Source of the DNA: Candidatus Woesearchaeota archaeon
GTDB taxonomy: Archaea; Nanobdellota; Nanobdellia; Woesearchaeales; GW2011-AR4
Assembly: GCA_016181305.1 (NCBI GenBank)
Contig: JACOZN010000002.1
Coordinates: 1-64,000, forward strand
DNA: 64,000 nt
Reading direction: 5' to 3'
Made by a program: the position numbers and the translations under genes. Below the pieces are notes generated by a model. The model searched no databases. It saw only the letters and a list, made by a program, of their open reading frames with translations, and was not told the DNA's origin. Shown one piece after another: positions 1 to 9,213 of this stretch. Within the stretch, counting starts at the first letter, position 1; every line of letters begins with the position of its first letter.

Positions 1-1
1 T

Positions 2-898
2 GGAGAAAACCTTATTTCAGGCATGGGCGAGCTTCATCTTGAGATTATTGAAAACAGGATAATCACAGAGAAGAATGTAGAGGTTAAGACATCCCCGCCT
101 ATTGTTGTTTTCAGGGAATGCGTCACAAAAGTTTCGCAGGAAGTCGAAGGCAAAACTCCAAACAAGCACAACAAGTTTTATTTTATTGTCGAGCCGTTAG
201 CTCCTGAAATTTACAGGCTGGTTAAGGAAGGCATAATTCCTGAAGGCAGGATAAAAAAGAAGAACCTTGAGATAAGGCAGGCGTTTATTGATGCAGGCAT
301 GGAATCAAAAGAAGCAGAGCAGGTGAAGAATATTTACAACGGCAATATTTTCCTTGACAAGACTAGAGGCCAGGTTCACCTTGGCGAAGTCCTTGAAATG
401 ATTTTTGACATGTTTGAAGAGGTTATGAGAAAAGGGCCATTGGTACGGGAGCCATGCACAGGCGTCAAGGTTAATTTGAATGACATGACTTTGCATGAAG
501 ACGCAATTCATCGTGGGCCTGCACAGGTGTATCCTGCCATAAGGGAAGGAATAAGAGGTGCGATGCTGACCGCAAGCCCGATAATACTTGAGCCTATGCA
601 GGTTATGCTGATTGAAGCTCCAAATGAGTACCTTGGAAGCCTGACAAAGCTTGTAAATTCTATGAGGGGGCAGCTGCTTGATGTGACTCAGGAAGGGGTT
701 TTGGTTTTTATAAAGGCAAAGCTGCCTGTCATGAACATGCTCGGCTGGAGCTCTGAATTGAGAAGCGCGACAGAAGGCAGAGGAGTTTCATCGCTTGTGG
801 ACCAGAGCTTTGAAAGGCTGCCGTCAGAACTGCAGGCAAAAGTCGTGCAGGACATCAAGAACAGGAAAGGATTGACTGATGCGATGGTTGGGGTTTAA
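2..898 (+). CDS. fusA: Elongation factor aEF-2, C-terminal part (5' end lies outside the window)
   Basis: Frame is open from the window start. Motifs GMGELHLE, TSPPIVVFRE, EGKTPNKHNKFY, diphthamide loop HEDAIHRGPAQV and ELRSATEGRG. Confidence 0.97.
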   Translation, partial: GENLISGMGELHLEIIENRIITEKNVEVKTSPPIVVFRECVTKVSQEVEGKTPNKHNKFYFIVEPLAPEIYRLVKEGIIPEGRIKKKNLEIRQAFIDAGMESKEAEQVKNIYNGNIFLDKTRGQVHLGEVLEMIFDMFEEVMRKGPLVREPCTGVKVNLNDMTLHEDAIHRGPAQVYPAIREGIRGAMLTASPIILEPMQVMLIEAPNEYLGSLTKLVNSMRGQLLDVTQEGVLVFIKAKLPVMNMLGWSSELRSATEGRGVSSLVDQSFERLPSELQAKVVQDIKNRKGLTDAMVGV

Positions 899-901
899 GG
901 T

Positions 902-1300
902 TTATAATAATTTTAAGAATTCTTCAGGAGTAATTATTTTAATTCTTCTGAACTCTTTTAACTTCAACAAATGCTTATCTTGTGAAATTATATAATCTAC
1001 ATTCCCAGCTACAGCAGTTTCAATGAAGATGTTGTCTTTTGGGTCGTCTTTAACTATCGCTATTTTTTCTTTTGGCTCTACAATTATGGTATTTCTTACA
1101 ATCAAATCAATCCATTCTCTAAGCATATCGTCTGGAAGTTTGATTTTGAAATCTTTGAGTACCTTTATTATTTCTGAAATTGCTTCCAATGAAGTAACTA
1201 GTGTGAATTTCCCTTCTTTCCAGTTAGTTATAACCTTATTAGAGCTGCCTTTCCAGAAAATGCCAGAAATAAATATATTCGTGTCCAGAACTACTTTCAT
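902..1300 (-). CDS. PIN-domain toxin (VapC-like)
   Basis: N-terminal VVLDTNIFIS, DDPKDNIFIETA and YIISQDKHLL acidic PIN motifs; overlaps the upstream AbrB-type gene. Confidence 0.9.
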   Translation of the reverse strand: MKVVLDTNIFISGIFWKGSSNKVITNWKEGKFTLVTSLEAISEIIKVLKDFKIKLPDDMLREWIDLIVRNTIIVEPKEKIAIVKDDPKDNIFIETAVAGNVDYIISQDKHLLKLKEFRRIKIITPEEFLKLL

Positions 1301-1554
1301 TTCCTAGCTCTCTTGATAGCGCTTTCAACATCAGTTTTAGTTATACCTTTCTCTTTAGCAAACTGCTGTGTTTTTTGAAGCAATTTATCAAAATTTTTGA
1401 AGGAAGGCATAGTTACTTTTTTCAATATAACAGTATCTTCTTCCCCTACAACAACAAATTTTTCTCCTTCCTTTAAGCCAAGCTGTTCCCTTATGTCTAA
1501 AGGTATAACTACCTGCCCTCTTGAACTCATGCTTGTTATTTCCAGTTTTTCCAT
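1297..1554 (-). CDS. AbrB/MazE/SpoVT-family antitoxin
   Basis: MSSRGQVVIPLDIREQLGLKEGE swapped-hairpin motif; 4-nt overlap with the PIN gene. Confidence 0.9.
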   Translation of the reverse strand: MEKLEITSMSSRGQVVIPLDIREQLGLKEGEKFVVVGEEDTVILKKVTMPSFKNFDKLLQKTQQFAKEKGITKTDVESAIKRARK

Positions 1555-1604
1555 TTTGTTTTCCTCCTTAATAAGAATATCTTACTAGTAAGAATAACTT
1601 ATAT

Positions 1605-2174
1605 TTAAAGGTTGCTTCTTATAATTTTCAAAAACTTCTCACTCTTCCTCTTATTCTCCTCAAAATTCCTGTTTGTGTATTTAACTAAATTTTTCAAATA
1701 ATTTTCATCAGCAATGAAATTTTTGTCGGCGATTATTGCATCAATTCTCTCGCTTCCAATTATTTCAACCACAATCTTCTTTTCGCTCAGGCTTATAATT
1801 CCAGCCCTCCTGAATATTTTTCTTGAAATATCCAGAAGTTTTTTTGCAGATTTCAAGCCACTGCACCTTACATGCAATATTAAGGGCTCCTGCTTCAGCC
1901 AGATTTCGTTTTTTATTTGATTTTTTAAATGATTTTTTATTTCATTGAATTTTATTTTATTGTGACTGGAAAACAGCCAGTTGCTTTCATTCTTCCTGCC
2001 TGATAGTCTCTCCAATAAGACAATCCTTCCAGCGCAGCTTGATGTCGTGTAATAGCCTTTTTTGGAGTTAATAGCTATAATAATTTCTTTTATACCTTCA
2101 TCTACACATCCTTTTTTGCTCTTGTCCTTTTTCCCCAGAAAGTCTGATTTTTCCTTGCTGAAATAGTCGAACAT
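1605..2174 (-). CDS. taw3: tRNA wyosine-derivative methyltransferase Taw3/TYW3
   Basis: VDEGI..INS..YYTTSSCAGRI motif, WLFSSH, LILHVRC and VEIIGSERID. Confidence 0.9.
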   Translation of the reverse strand: MFDYFSKEKSDFLGKKDKSKKGCVDEGIKEIIIAINSKKGYYTTSSCAGRIVLLERLSGRKNESNWLFSSHNKIKFNEIKNHLKNQIKNEIWLKQEPLILHVRCSGLKSAKKLLDISRKIFRRAGIISLSEKKIVVEIIGSERIDAIIADKNFIADENYLKNLVKYTNRNFEENKRKSEKFLKIIRSNL

Positions 2175-2304
2175 GGAAAGAGATTGATTTTTCCCTATAT
2201 TAATTTTTAGAATTTTACTTATAAACCATTGCCAAACCTACTATTATGATTACTATAATAACAAACAAAACTATGAAAAGCGTGCTGTCTCTCATTTTGG
2301 TTGT

Positions 2305-3138
2305 TTATTTTTGCTGGCCCGTTATGGATAGAAGGCTTCCGCTTCCCAAAGCAAGCGGCATTTTGCCGTCCCATTTCTGGATTGTTAAGTAATCAATATA
2401 TTTCGGGCTTTTAAGCAATTCCTCATTTACTATCCTTATCGCTTCAGCCTCGCCTTTGGACTGCTCTATCTTCTGCTGCGCCTGGTACTGGACCACCTTT
2501 AAGTTGTTCTGCTCTTTCAGCGCGTTCTGCTCCGCAGTAACCTTCTGCTCTATTGCGTGGTTGAACTCCGGGCTAAAATCAAAATTTGTTATTGAAAGCT
2601 CGTCAAGGACAAGGTAGCTTCTGGCTAATCTTTCCTTTAATGACGATTTTATTTCCTCCTTTACAGCTTCTCTTTTTGTTATCAGCTCCTCTGCAATATG
2701 CTTGGCAGTTGTGGCTTTTACAACCTCCTGGATTGAAGGGTCTATTATCCTGAATTCATAGTCAGGCCCGATATTCTTGAATAGCGTATTAACCTGGCCC
2801 TTGTCAATATGGTAATTCAGGGCTACACGCGTAGAAACAATCTGCAGGTCTTTTGAAGCAGCTGCGGCATCATCAGTGTAAACCCTTGTCCTTACCTCAA
2901 ACTTGTAAGGCTTTTCAAAAAAAGGCAGCTTGAAATGCAGCCCCTCGTCATAAGTCTTGTCCTTAATGCCCGTGAATGTATTGAATATAACTCCGTTGTG
3001 CCCTGCCGGGACAACAAAAAATGAGCCCAAAATTAGAATAAATGCAATTATTCCCATAATAATATTTTTCAACCACTGTATTGGGAATTTTGTCTCCTTT
3101 ACCTTCTTTGCAATATTCAATGAGTCTTTATCAGCCAT
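2305..3138 (-). CDS. SPFH/prohibitin (band 7) family membrane protein
   Basis: One N-terminal TM helix, VPAGHNGV, EGLHFKLPF, AASKDLQIV, IDPSIQEVVKA and AIEQKVTAEQ. Start moved to the ATG at 3138. Confidence 0.92.
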   Translation of the reverse strand: MADKDSLNIAKKVKETKFPIQWLKNIIMGIIAFILILGSFFVVPAGHNGVIFNTFTGIKDKTYDEGLHFKLPFFEKPYKFEVRTRVYTDDAAAASKDLQIVSTRVALNYHIDKGQVNTLFKNIGPDYEFRIIDPSIQEVVKATTAKHIAEELITKREAVKEEIKSSLKERLARSYLVLDELSITNFDFSPEFNHAIEQKVTAEQNALKEQNNLKVVQYQAQQKIEQSKGEAEAIRIVNEELLKSPKYIDYLTIQKWDGKMPLALGSGSLLSITGQQK

Positions 3139-3231
3139 ATAAAACCACCCGGCAATTATATCCAAAATTGTGTTTATTCGATTGTGTATTTAAATTTTAT
3201 CATTGGTTTTTACCTATAATTTTCCGCAACC

Positions 3232-3239
3232 TTTATAAA
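3232..3239 (+). promoter_or_regulatory. TATA box upstream of EF-1alpha (Shine-Dalgarno AGGAGGA at 3294-3300)
   Basis: CGCAACC-TTTATAAA; the same 15-mer precedes the Lsm gene near 50706-50720. Confidence 0.55.
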
Positions 3240-3311
3240 TAATCCAACATTTCCAAAAGGGCGAAAATATTACAAAAATCGACAATAAAAACTAGGAGGA
3301 TTAAAAATAAA

Positions 3312-4598
3312 ATGGCTAAGGGAAAACCGCACATGAACATAGTATTCGTGGGGCACGTGGACCACGGAAAATCAACCACAGTAGGCAGATTGCTTTACGA
3401 CACTGGAAATGTTGACGAGCAGGCAATGAGGAAGCTGAAAGAGAAGGCAAAAGAGCTTGGAAAAGTCGGATTTGAGTTCGCCTTCGTCATGGATAACCTG
3501 AAGGAGGAGCAGGAAAGGGGGCTTACAATTGACCTGAGCCACAAGAAGTTCGAAACCCAAAAGTATTACTTCACAATAATCGACGCCCCGGGGCACAAGG
3601 ACTTCATCAAGAACATGATTACAGGCGCTGCGCAGGCAGATGCAGGCATTCTTGTCGTTTCTGCAAACCCAGGCGATGGAGTGCAGGCTCAGACAAAAGA
3701 GCACATATTTCTTTCAAGAACACTTGGAGTCAACCAGCTTATTGTTTATGTCAACAAGATGGACATGGCAAAGTACGAGGAGAAAAGGTTCAACGAAGTA
3801 AAGGACGAAGTTTCAAAGCAGCTTAAGCTTGTGGGATACAAGCCCGAGGAAATAAAGTTTGTTGCAGGCGCTTCTTTCCCAGGCGACAATGTCGCAAAAA
3901 AATCTGACAAGATGCCGTGGTACACGGGCGGAACTTTGCTTGAGGCATTAGACACATTTAAGGAGCCTCAGAAGCCTACACAACTGCCATTAAGGCTGCC
4001 AATTCAGGATGTTTACAATATAACAGGAATCGGAGTTGTTCCGGTCGGCAAGGTTGTGACTGGAGTTATGAAGGTAAACGACAAGATTATTGTTGTGCCT
4101 GCAAGGGAAGGCAAGGGCATCAGCGGAGAAGTAAAAAGCATAGAGATGCACCACGAGCAGCTTGACGAGGCAGAGCCGGGCGACAACATTGGATTCAACG
4201 TCAGGGGCATTGAAAAGAAGGACATAGCAAGAGGAGACGTTCTTGGGCATGTCAATCATGCGCCAACAGTTGCAACAGAGTTCACTGCCCAGATGATTGT
4301 ACTGAACCATCCGACTGTCATCACAGTTGGCTACACGCCTGTTTTCCACGTTCACACAGCGCAGGTTGCGTGCCAGATTACTGAAATAGTCAAGAAGCTG
4401 GACCCTGCGACAGGCGCGACAAAGGAAGAGAAGCCTGACTTCATCAAAAATGGTGACGCAGCCATTGTCAAAATCAAGCCTATACAGCCGTTGTGCATAG
4501 AAAAGCAAAGCGAGATTCCGCAGATGGCAAGATTCGCTGTCAGGGATTCAGGAGTGACTGTTGCGGCAGGCATGTGCATCGACTTAGTGAAGAAGTAA
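3312..4598 (+). CDS. tuf: Elongation factor aEF-1alpha
   Basis: [35 protein letters not shown] and RFAVRDSG. Confidence 0.99.
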   Translation: MAKGKPHMNIVFVGHVDHGKSTTVGRLLYDTGNVDEQAMRKLKEKAKELGKVGFEFAFVMDNLKEEQERGLTIDLSHKKFETQKYYFTIIDAPGHKDFIKNMITGAAQADAGILVVSANPGDGVQAQTKEHIFLSRTLGVNQLIVYVNKMDMAKYEEKRFNEVKDEVSKQLKLVGYKPEEIKFVAGASFPGDNVAKKSDKMPWYTGGTLLEALDTFKEPQKPTQLPLRLPIQDVYNITGIGVVPVGKVVTGVMKVNDKIIVVPAREGKGISGEVKSIEMHHEQLDEAEPGDNIGFNVRGIEKKDIARGDVLGHVNHAPTVATEFTAQMIVLNHPTVITVGYTPVFHVHTAQVACQITEIVKKLDPATGATKEEKPDFIKNGDAAIVKIKPIQPLCIEKQSEIPQMARFAVRDSGVTVAAGMCIDLVKK

Positions 4599-4678
4599 TT
4601 ATTTTCCTTTTTTAAGGAATCACGGTAAACTGACAATTACCATGAAGCACTAAGCTGCTGTCATTTCCGGGTATTAAA

Positions 4679-4987
4679 ATGCAAAAAGCAAGGATAAAAC
4701 TGGCAAGCATTGACATAACCAAAATCAATGAGGTATGCAGCTACATAAAAGACATAGCTGACAAGACAGGAGTTAACATGAGGGGGCCCATCCCTTTGCC
4801 TACAAAAAGGCTTAAGGTAACGACAAGGAAATCTCCTGATGGGGAAGGCACGGCAACCTGGGAGCATTACGAGATGAGGGTTCATAAAAGGCTCATTGAC
4901 CTGGGGCTTGACGAGAGGGCTTTAAGGCTTGTCATGAGGGTGCCAATCCCTGAAGGGCTTAATATTGAGATTGAGATGATTGAGTGA
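4679..4987 (+). CDS. rpsJ: 30S ribosomal protein uS10
   Basis: [37 protein letters not shown]; directly after tuf. Confidence 0.98.
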   Translation: MQKARIKLASIDITKINEVCSYIKDIADKTGVNMRGPIPLPTKRLKVTTRKSPDGEGTATWEHYEMRVHKRLIDLGLDERALRLVMRVPIPEGLNIEIEMIE

Positions 4988-4995
4988 TTTCTTTG

Positions 4996-5397
4996 TTAAG
5001 GTTTGATGAACCCTTCTGGATAACCACGTTTAAGCAATCTTATACCACTAGCACGATGTTCTCTTTCCAGAGCCTGTGTAAGTTCTTCAATCGGAGCATA
5101 AACTACATCATTAAACACAATTAACGGTCTTTTTTCATAATTACCAGAAGCATGCTGTCCTATTACTCTTCGAGCTTCATCCTTTAAAGGGATCTCGAGT
5201 CTCCTGTAAAATTCATAGATACTTCCAGCATCAGAGGATAATGGAGTTAGTACTTCTCCAAAGGTAACAGGAACATAAATTAAACTTCCTAAATCTGATA
5301 ATTTATTTAGGTCGGCTAAGATTGTAGGATTTTTTTCGCTGATCTCTATCTTACGACCAACCTGCATACCCTCAACTTTGCTAAGATCTAGTGCCAT
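4996..5397 (-). CDS. Hypothetical protein
   Basis: 133-aa ORF with AT-rich codon usage; a TTTAAATA-like box lies upstream on the minus strand. No recognised motif. Confidence 0.6.
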   Translation of the reverse strand: MALDLSKVEGMQVGRKIEISEKNPTILADLNKLSDLGSLIYVPVTFGEVLTPLSSDAGSIYEFYRRLEIPLKDEARRVIGQHASGNYEKRPLIVFNDVVYAPIEELTQALEREHRASGIRLLKRGYPEGFIKP

Positions 5398-5477
5398 ACG
5401 GGGTAAGCAAACAGGAATGCTATTTAAAGATTTCTGGGAACATCAGTAAACGAAAGTTGTTTTAATCAAACACTGAG

Positions 5478-5580
5478 ACCCATGCACATGCACTTCGTGC
5501 TAAAATGGGTGCCCCTCGACTACCGCTTTTAGGCAAAGAATCAAAAGCGGATTACTTCAATCATGCCTGCATAAAGAAGT
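5478..5580. repeat. Intergenic three-hairpin element
   Basis: ACCCAT..ATGGGT (5478-5510), CCGCTTTT..AAAAGCGG (5523-5550) and ACTTC..GAAGT (5554-5580). Confidence 0.5.
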
Positions 5581-5721
5581 CGCTCTCGTTATTTTTTTAT
5601 TTATAGTATTATTTTTATTTTTTATTAGTCATTGGAATTTCTTTTTATTAGATATATCCTAAACCCAAAACCGCAAATTATTTAAACATCTTTTCCAAAG
5701 GCGATAAAAAAGGTGATATCT

Positions 5722-5928
5722 ATGATGATGGGATGCAGCAAGTGTATAAAGTTAGGCGGCGCCGCTTTTTTGGTTTTGGGCGTAGTGTTCCTTCTGAGGG
5801 ACTTGGGAATGTTTACCTTCTGGAACATACAATGGTGGACAGCCCTGTTCATAGTTTGGGGCATAGGCTCATTGGGCTCTGCCAATTGCCGTGACTGCAG
5901 GGCAATAAGGGAAGGAAAGAAAAAGTAA
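5722..5928 (+). CDS. Small two-TM membrane protein with CxxC motifs at both ends
   Basis: SD AAGGTGAT at 5710-5717; CSKC and CRDC flank two hydrophobic helices. Confidence 0.7.
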   Translation: MMMGCSKCIKLGGAAFLVLGVVFLLRDLGMFTFWNIQWWTALFIVWGIGSLGSANCRDCRAIREGKKK

Positions 5929-5956
5929 AAATTCGGTTTTTTGTTAAATTTTTATT

Positions 5957-6325
5957 TTACTGCACTGTCACAGAGCCGTGCATGTTTGAATGAAGCCCGC
6001 AGACGTACTCGTATTTTCCTGCTTTTGTGAAGGTGTGCTGGAATGCCGCTCCGGTCACAAGCTCCCCTGACTTCAAAGTGCCGTCAGAAGTCTCTACGGT
6101 ATGCGTCGCAGCATCCTCGTTCGTCCATACAACAGTTTCCCCTTTCTTGATGTTGACTTCGGCAGGCGCAAACTTGTAGCCCTTGATTGCAACCGCAACA
6201 ACCTTGCCGGAGCCCTGCGTTCTCCCTGTTGTCTTGTCTGTCGCCTGCCCGGCAGTTTGCGAGCACGCTATTGTCAAAACCGCCAGAACAGCAAGAATGA
6301 TGAATGCTAACTTCAATTTTCTCAT
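5957..6325 (-). CDS. Cupredoxin/plastocyanin-like protein, probable lipoprotein
   Basis: Type-1 Cu ligands in H(TV)..C-G-L-H-S-N-M; lipobox-like LTIAC; SD GAGGTGG. Confidence 0.9.
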   Translation of the reverse strand: MRKLKLAFIILAVLAVLTIACSQTAGQATDKTTGRTQGSGKVVAVAIKGYKFAPAEVNIKKGETVVWTNEDAATHTVETSDGTLKSGELVTGAAFQHTFTKAGKYEYVCGLHSNMHGSVTVQ

Positions 6326-6415
6326 CAAAACCACCTCAAAAATAGCTTGGATTTAATCTATTTAAAGTTTGTGATTCGACAAACATTTATAAAGCAAAAA
6401 TAAATACAAAGCAAT

Positions 6416-6621
6416 GCCGGGATCGCGTAACCTGGTAGATGGCGAGGTTCGCAAAACCGAGCCTCACACCGCAGGAAATCGCGCAAGCCTGGAATGAGCC
6501 GTAAAGCTTGTTTCCGAAAGGATATCTGGGTTCAAAATCGTGATGGCATTTCAAGCACGAGCTTCGTTGCCTGACTTAACAACGGCAATGAGCCGTCATG
6601 AGGAATCTCCCAGTCCCGGCG
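6416..6621 (+). tRNA. tRNA-Ser(GGA) with three introns: 20/21 (6437-6477), 37/38 (6495-6504) and 59/60 (6537-6607)
   Basis: Acceptor GCCGGGA/TCCCGGC with G73, anticodon stem CAAGC/GCTTG, long variable arm with GAAA loop, T stem CTGGG/CCCAG. BHB-like geometry at the D- and T-loop introns; relaxed motif at the anticodon intron. Confidence 0.85.
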
Positions 6622-6751
6622 CTTCTTTAATATTTTTTATTGTTTTCCTGGCAAAATCTGTATTTACAGCGCATTTTGCACCGAAAAGTTTAAATACTAT
6701 GTCTATACCATGTCTATACATAGGCGGGCCTTGTCAAGGCTCTGAAAAACA

Positions 6752-7579
6752 ATGGAAATGCAAAAATTGCCTGTAAGGGAGCAGGTTGTGAAGACTGTAG
6801 TCAAATCCGGCAATGGCGGGGCCGTCTGGGTTCCAAAAGGCTGGCTGGGGCAGGAAGTTATAGTCACGCTTCCGGAAAAGCCGGAGTTTGAATTGAGGGA
6901 GAAGATAATACATTTGCTTGAGCCGCATTTAAAAAGCATTGTTTCAGTCGGGATTTATGGCTCATACGCGAGAAATGAGCAGACAAAAGGCTCTGACGTG
7001 GATGTTCTGGTCATAACCAAAGACAAAAATTTAAGGCTGAGCTTCAAAGGGGAAAAAATTGATGCAGTTTCATTTCCAATTGACAAGTTTAAGATTGCTA
7101 TTAAGAAATATCCTGCAATCTACTACCAAATTGTGCTGGAGGCAGAGCCGTTAATAAACGCCTATGCAATAGCGGAATTAAGAAGCATAAAAATAAAGAA
7201 AGAAGACTTCAGGGATTATCTGAAAGAGGCAAGGGAGCATTTGAAAAGCAATAAGGAGCTTTTAGAGCTGGATAAGCTTGACAATTCTTGCCTTGAATCT
7301 TATTCTGTGCTTTATTCTGCAATGTTAAGGATGAGGGGGCTATTCATAATAAGATGCATACTAAATAAAGGCAGATTTTCAAATAAGAAATTCAAAGGCT
7401 GGCTAACCAGCCAAGGCTTGGATTCAGGGGAATTTGAGGAATCTTATAATGCCTATAGGATGGTTCGTGATGATAAAAGCACTAAAAATTTGGAAATAGG
7501 GATAAATGTTGCCGAGAAAGTGTTAAATATTCTGGAAAAGGAGCTAAATCTGCTGGAGTCCAAAATTTATGGCAAATAG
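6752..7579 (+). CDS. DUF2080-like N-terminus fused to a minimal nucleotidyltransferase domain and a helical (HEPN-like) C-terminus
   Basis: VKTVVKSGNGGAVWVPKGWLGQEVIV; GIYGSYARNE..SDVDVLV (GS..DxD). Confidence 0.75.
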   Translation: MEMQKLPVREQVVKTVVKSGNGGAVWVPKGWLGQEVIVTLPEKPEFELREKIIHLLEPHLKSIVSVGIYGSYARNEQTKGSDVDVLVITKDKNLRLSFKGEKIDAVSFPIDKFKIAIKKYPAIYYQIVLEAEPLINAYAIAELRSIKIKKEDFRDYLKEAREHLKSNKELLELDKLDNSCLESYSVLYSAMLRMRGLFIIRCILNKGRFSNKKFKGWLTSQGLDSGEFEESYNAYRMVRDDKSTKNLEIGINVAEKVLNILEKELNLLESKIYGK

Positions 7580-7760
7580 AAAGAAAAGGCTTCAGAAAGG
7601 AATTGAATCGCTTGATAAGCAAATAATGCTTCATGAAGAAAAGCTAAAAAGAGCTGAGAAAGAGGAAAATGTCGAGCTTGCCGGTTATTATAGAAAAGAG
7701 GTATCTGCGAAGAAAAAAGACAAAGAGGAAAAGCAAAGAATCCTCAACAAGGGCGGATAG
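7569..7760 (+). CDS. Small charged coiled-coil protein
   Basis: 63 aa, Lys/Glu-rich, overlaps the upstream stop codon. Confidence 0.65.
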   Translation: MANRKKRLQKGIESLDKQIMLHEEKLKRAEKEENVELAGYYRKEVSAKKKDKEEKQRILNKGG

Positions 7761-7801
7761 ATAAGGGAAAAGCTTTTATACATTCCAAAATACAAAATTT
7801 T

Positions 7802-8806
7802 ATGCTCGTTTACTGGTTTCTGCCCATGATTCTGCTTCTGGGTATTGTGACTTCTTATGAAGATATAAAGTTCGGAAAGATAAGGAACAAGTGGGTTTTG
7901 ATGGCGATTGCTTATTCAGTTATTGCTTATGCATCTCTTTTACTGCTTGGGAATGCATATGGCTTAACTATAGATTCAATTTTTCGCATTGCATTTAACG
8001 GGCTTTGGAGGGCAGGCGACGCAAAGCTGTTTTTTGCTTTTGCTGTTTTAGTGCCGATTCGCTTAAAGGGGTTTTCTCCATTTTTTATTATTTTAGCTGC
8101 AACATTTGTGCCGGTTATGGTATATTTTTTGGCGCAGATTTTTTTAAAGATGGGCTATAAAGAAAAGATATCTCACTTTAAAAGGGCCCTTAACCCCAAA
8201 AACATGCTTAGGATAGCGCTGTTCATCTTTGGCGTTTCGTGGCTGGCACAGATTTCCCTGAATTCTTTCGGGTTAAGGGGAAACATATTTCTGCTGCTGC
8301 TAATAATGTACTTGCTTTACAATTTTGTTGAGAAAGTGCTGAGATTTGATTTTGTTTATATCGCATTCGCTGTATCTTTGGCGCGGATATTATTTGACAA
8401 AAGCATCTACACTTTTAGCTTTTTACCCGGGTTTTTGGCATTGCTGCTGCTATTTTTGATTGTAAGGGTGTTTGTCGTATCAATGGGCATGAAATACTTT
8501 TCTAACGAAGTGCAGCTCAGCCAGCTAAGGGAAGGCATGATTCCTGCGGAAGTAATATATTTTTCCAAAGGCAAATATTTCAAGAGAATGAAAAGCTTTT
8601 CAATAATTGGCGAGGCAAAAGCAAAGGGCGGATTGCTGTTTAACCCAAATGCGCTGGGCAAAAATGAAATTAAAAGGCTCAAATCCTTGCAGAGAAGGCT
8701 GCCATTCGGGACTTTAAGGATTCAATCAACAATGCCATTTGCTCCTTTCCTATTTTCAGGCGTGCTGCTTACAATTATTCTGAGGCTTTTCGGTATTTTT
8801 ATTTAG
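7802..8806 (+). CDS. A24-family prepilin/class III signal peptidase (EppA/FlaK-like)
   Basis: Two catalytic Asp motifs (TSYEDIK..KIRNKW and WRAGDAKL), many TM helices and C-terminal MPFAPFLF. Confidence 0.85.
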   Translation: MLVYWFLPMILLLGIVTSYEDIKFGKIRNKWVLMAIAYSVIAYASLLLLGNAYGLTIDSIFRIAFNGLWRAGDAKLFFAFAVLVPIRLKGFSPFFIILAATFVPVMVYFLAQIFLKMGYKEKISHFKRALNPKNMLRIALFIFGVSWLAQISLNSFGLRGNIFLLLLIMYLLYNFVEKVLRFDFVYIAFAVSLARILFDKSIYTFSFLPGFLALLLLFLIVRVFVVSMGMKYFSNEVQLSQLREGMIPAEVIYFSKGKYFKRMKSFSIIGEAKAKGGLLFNPNALGKNEIKRLKSLQRRLPFGTLRIQSTMPFAPFLFSGVLLTIILRLFGIFI

Positions 8807-8841
8807 CAAAATTTATAAAAGATTAGAGATACCATTTTCTT

Positions 8842-9213
8842 ATGGAAAATTTTGAGATAAAAGACGGCAGCGTATTTGTCTCCGTAAACCCGAAAATATA
8901 CCCTTTGGACGTCATTTTTTCGGCTTCCTATATTTTTACAGACAAAAACTACATTGTTCTTGACGGCAATCCTGAAGAAGAAGTAATTGTTGAGATAAAG
9001 CCAAAGGAAAATGCCATTGATATGGAAAAAATAGCCATGGAATTCAGCAATGAGCTTGTCAATTACGGCTCTTATGCCGTGCAGCTTGCGAGAAACGCTC
9101 ATTTGAGGGAGCACATACTGCACAGGGTTCTTCAGACAGCAGGCATGCATACCGGGCATCAGCATGCGCAGGAAACAGGAAGTCTTGAAAATTCCAAGCC
9201 GTGGAAAAAATGA
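8842..9213 (+). CDS. His-Xaa-Ser system HxsD-like protein
   Basis: VNPKIYPLDVIFSASYIFTDKNYIVL and EFSNELVNY..LREHIL resemble HxsD; lies next to an HxsB-like gene. Confidence 0.7.
   Translation: MENFEIKDGSVFVSVNPKIYPLDVIFSASYIFTDKNYIVLDGNPEEEVIVEIKPKENAIDMEKIAMEFSNELVNYGSYAVQLARNAHLREHILHRVLQTAGMHTGHQHAQETGSLENSKPWKK

Noticed and set aside
6752-6900. IS element implied by the DUF2080-like domain
   Set aside because: No transposase, terminal inverted repeats or target duplication seen; no repeat of the tRNA-Ser 3' end (att site) was noticed.
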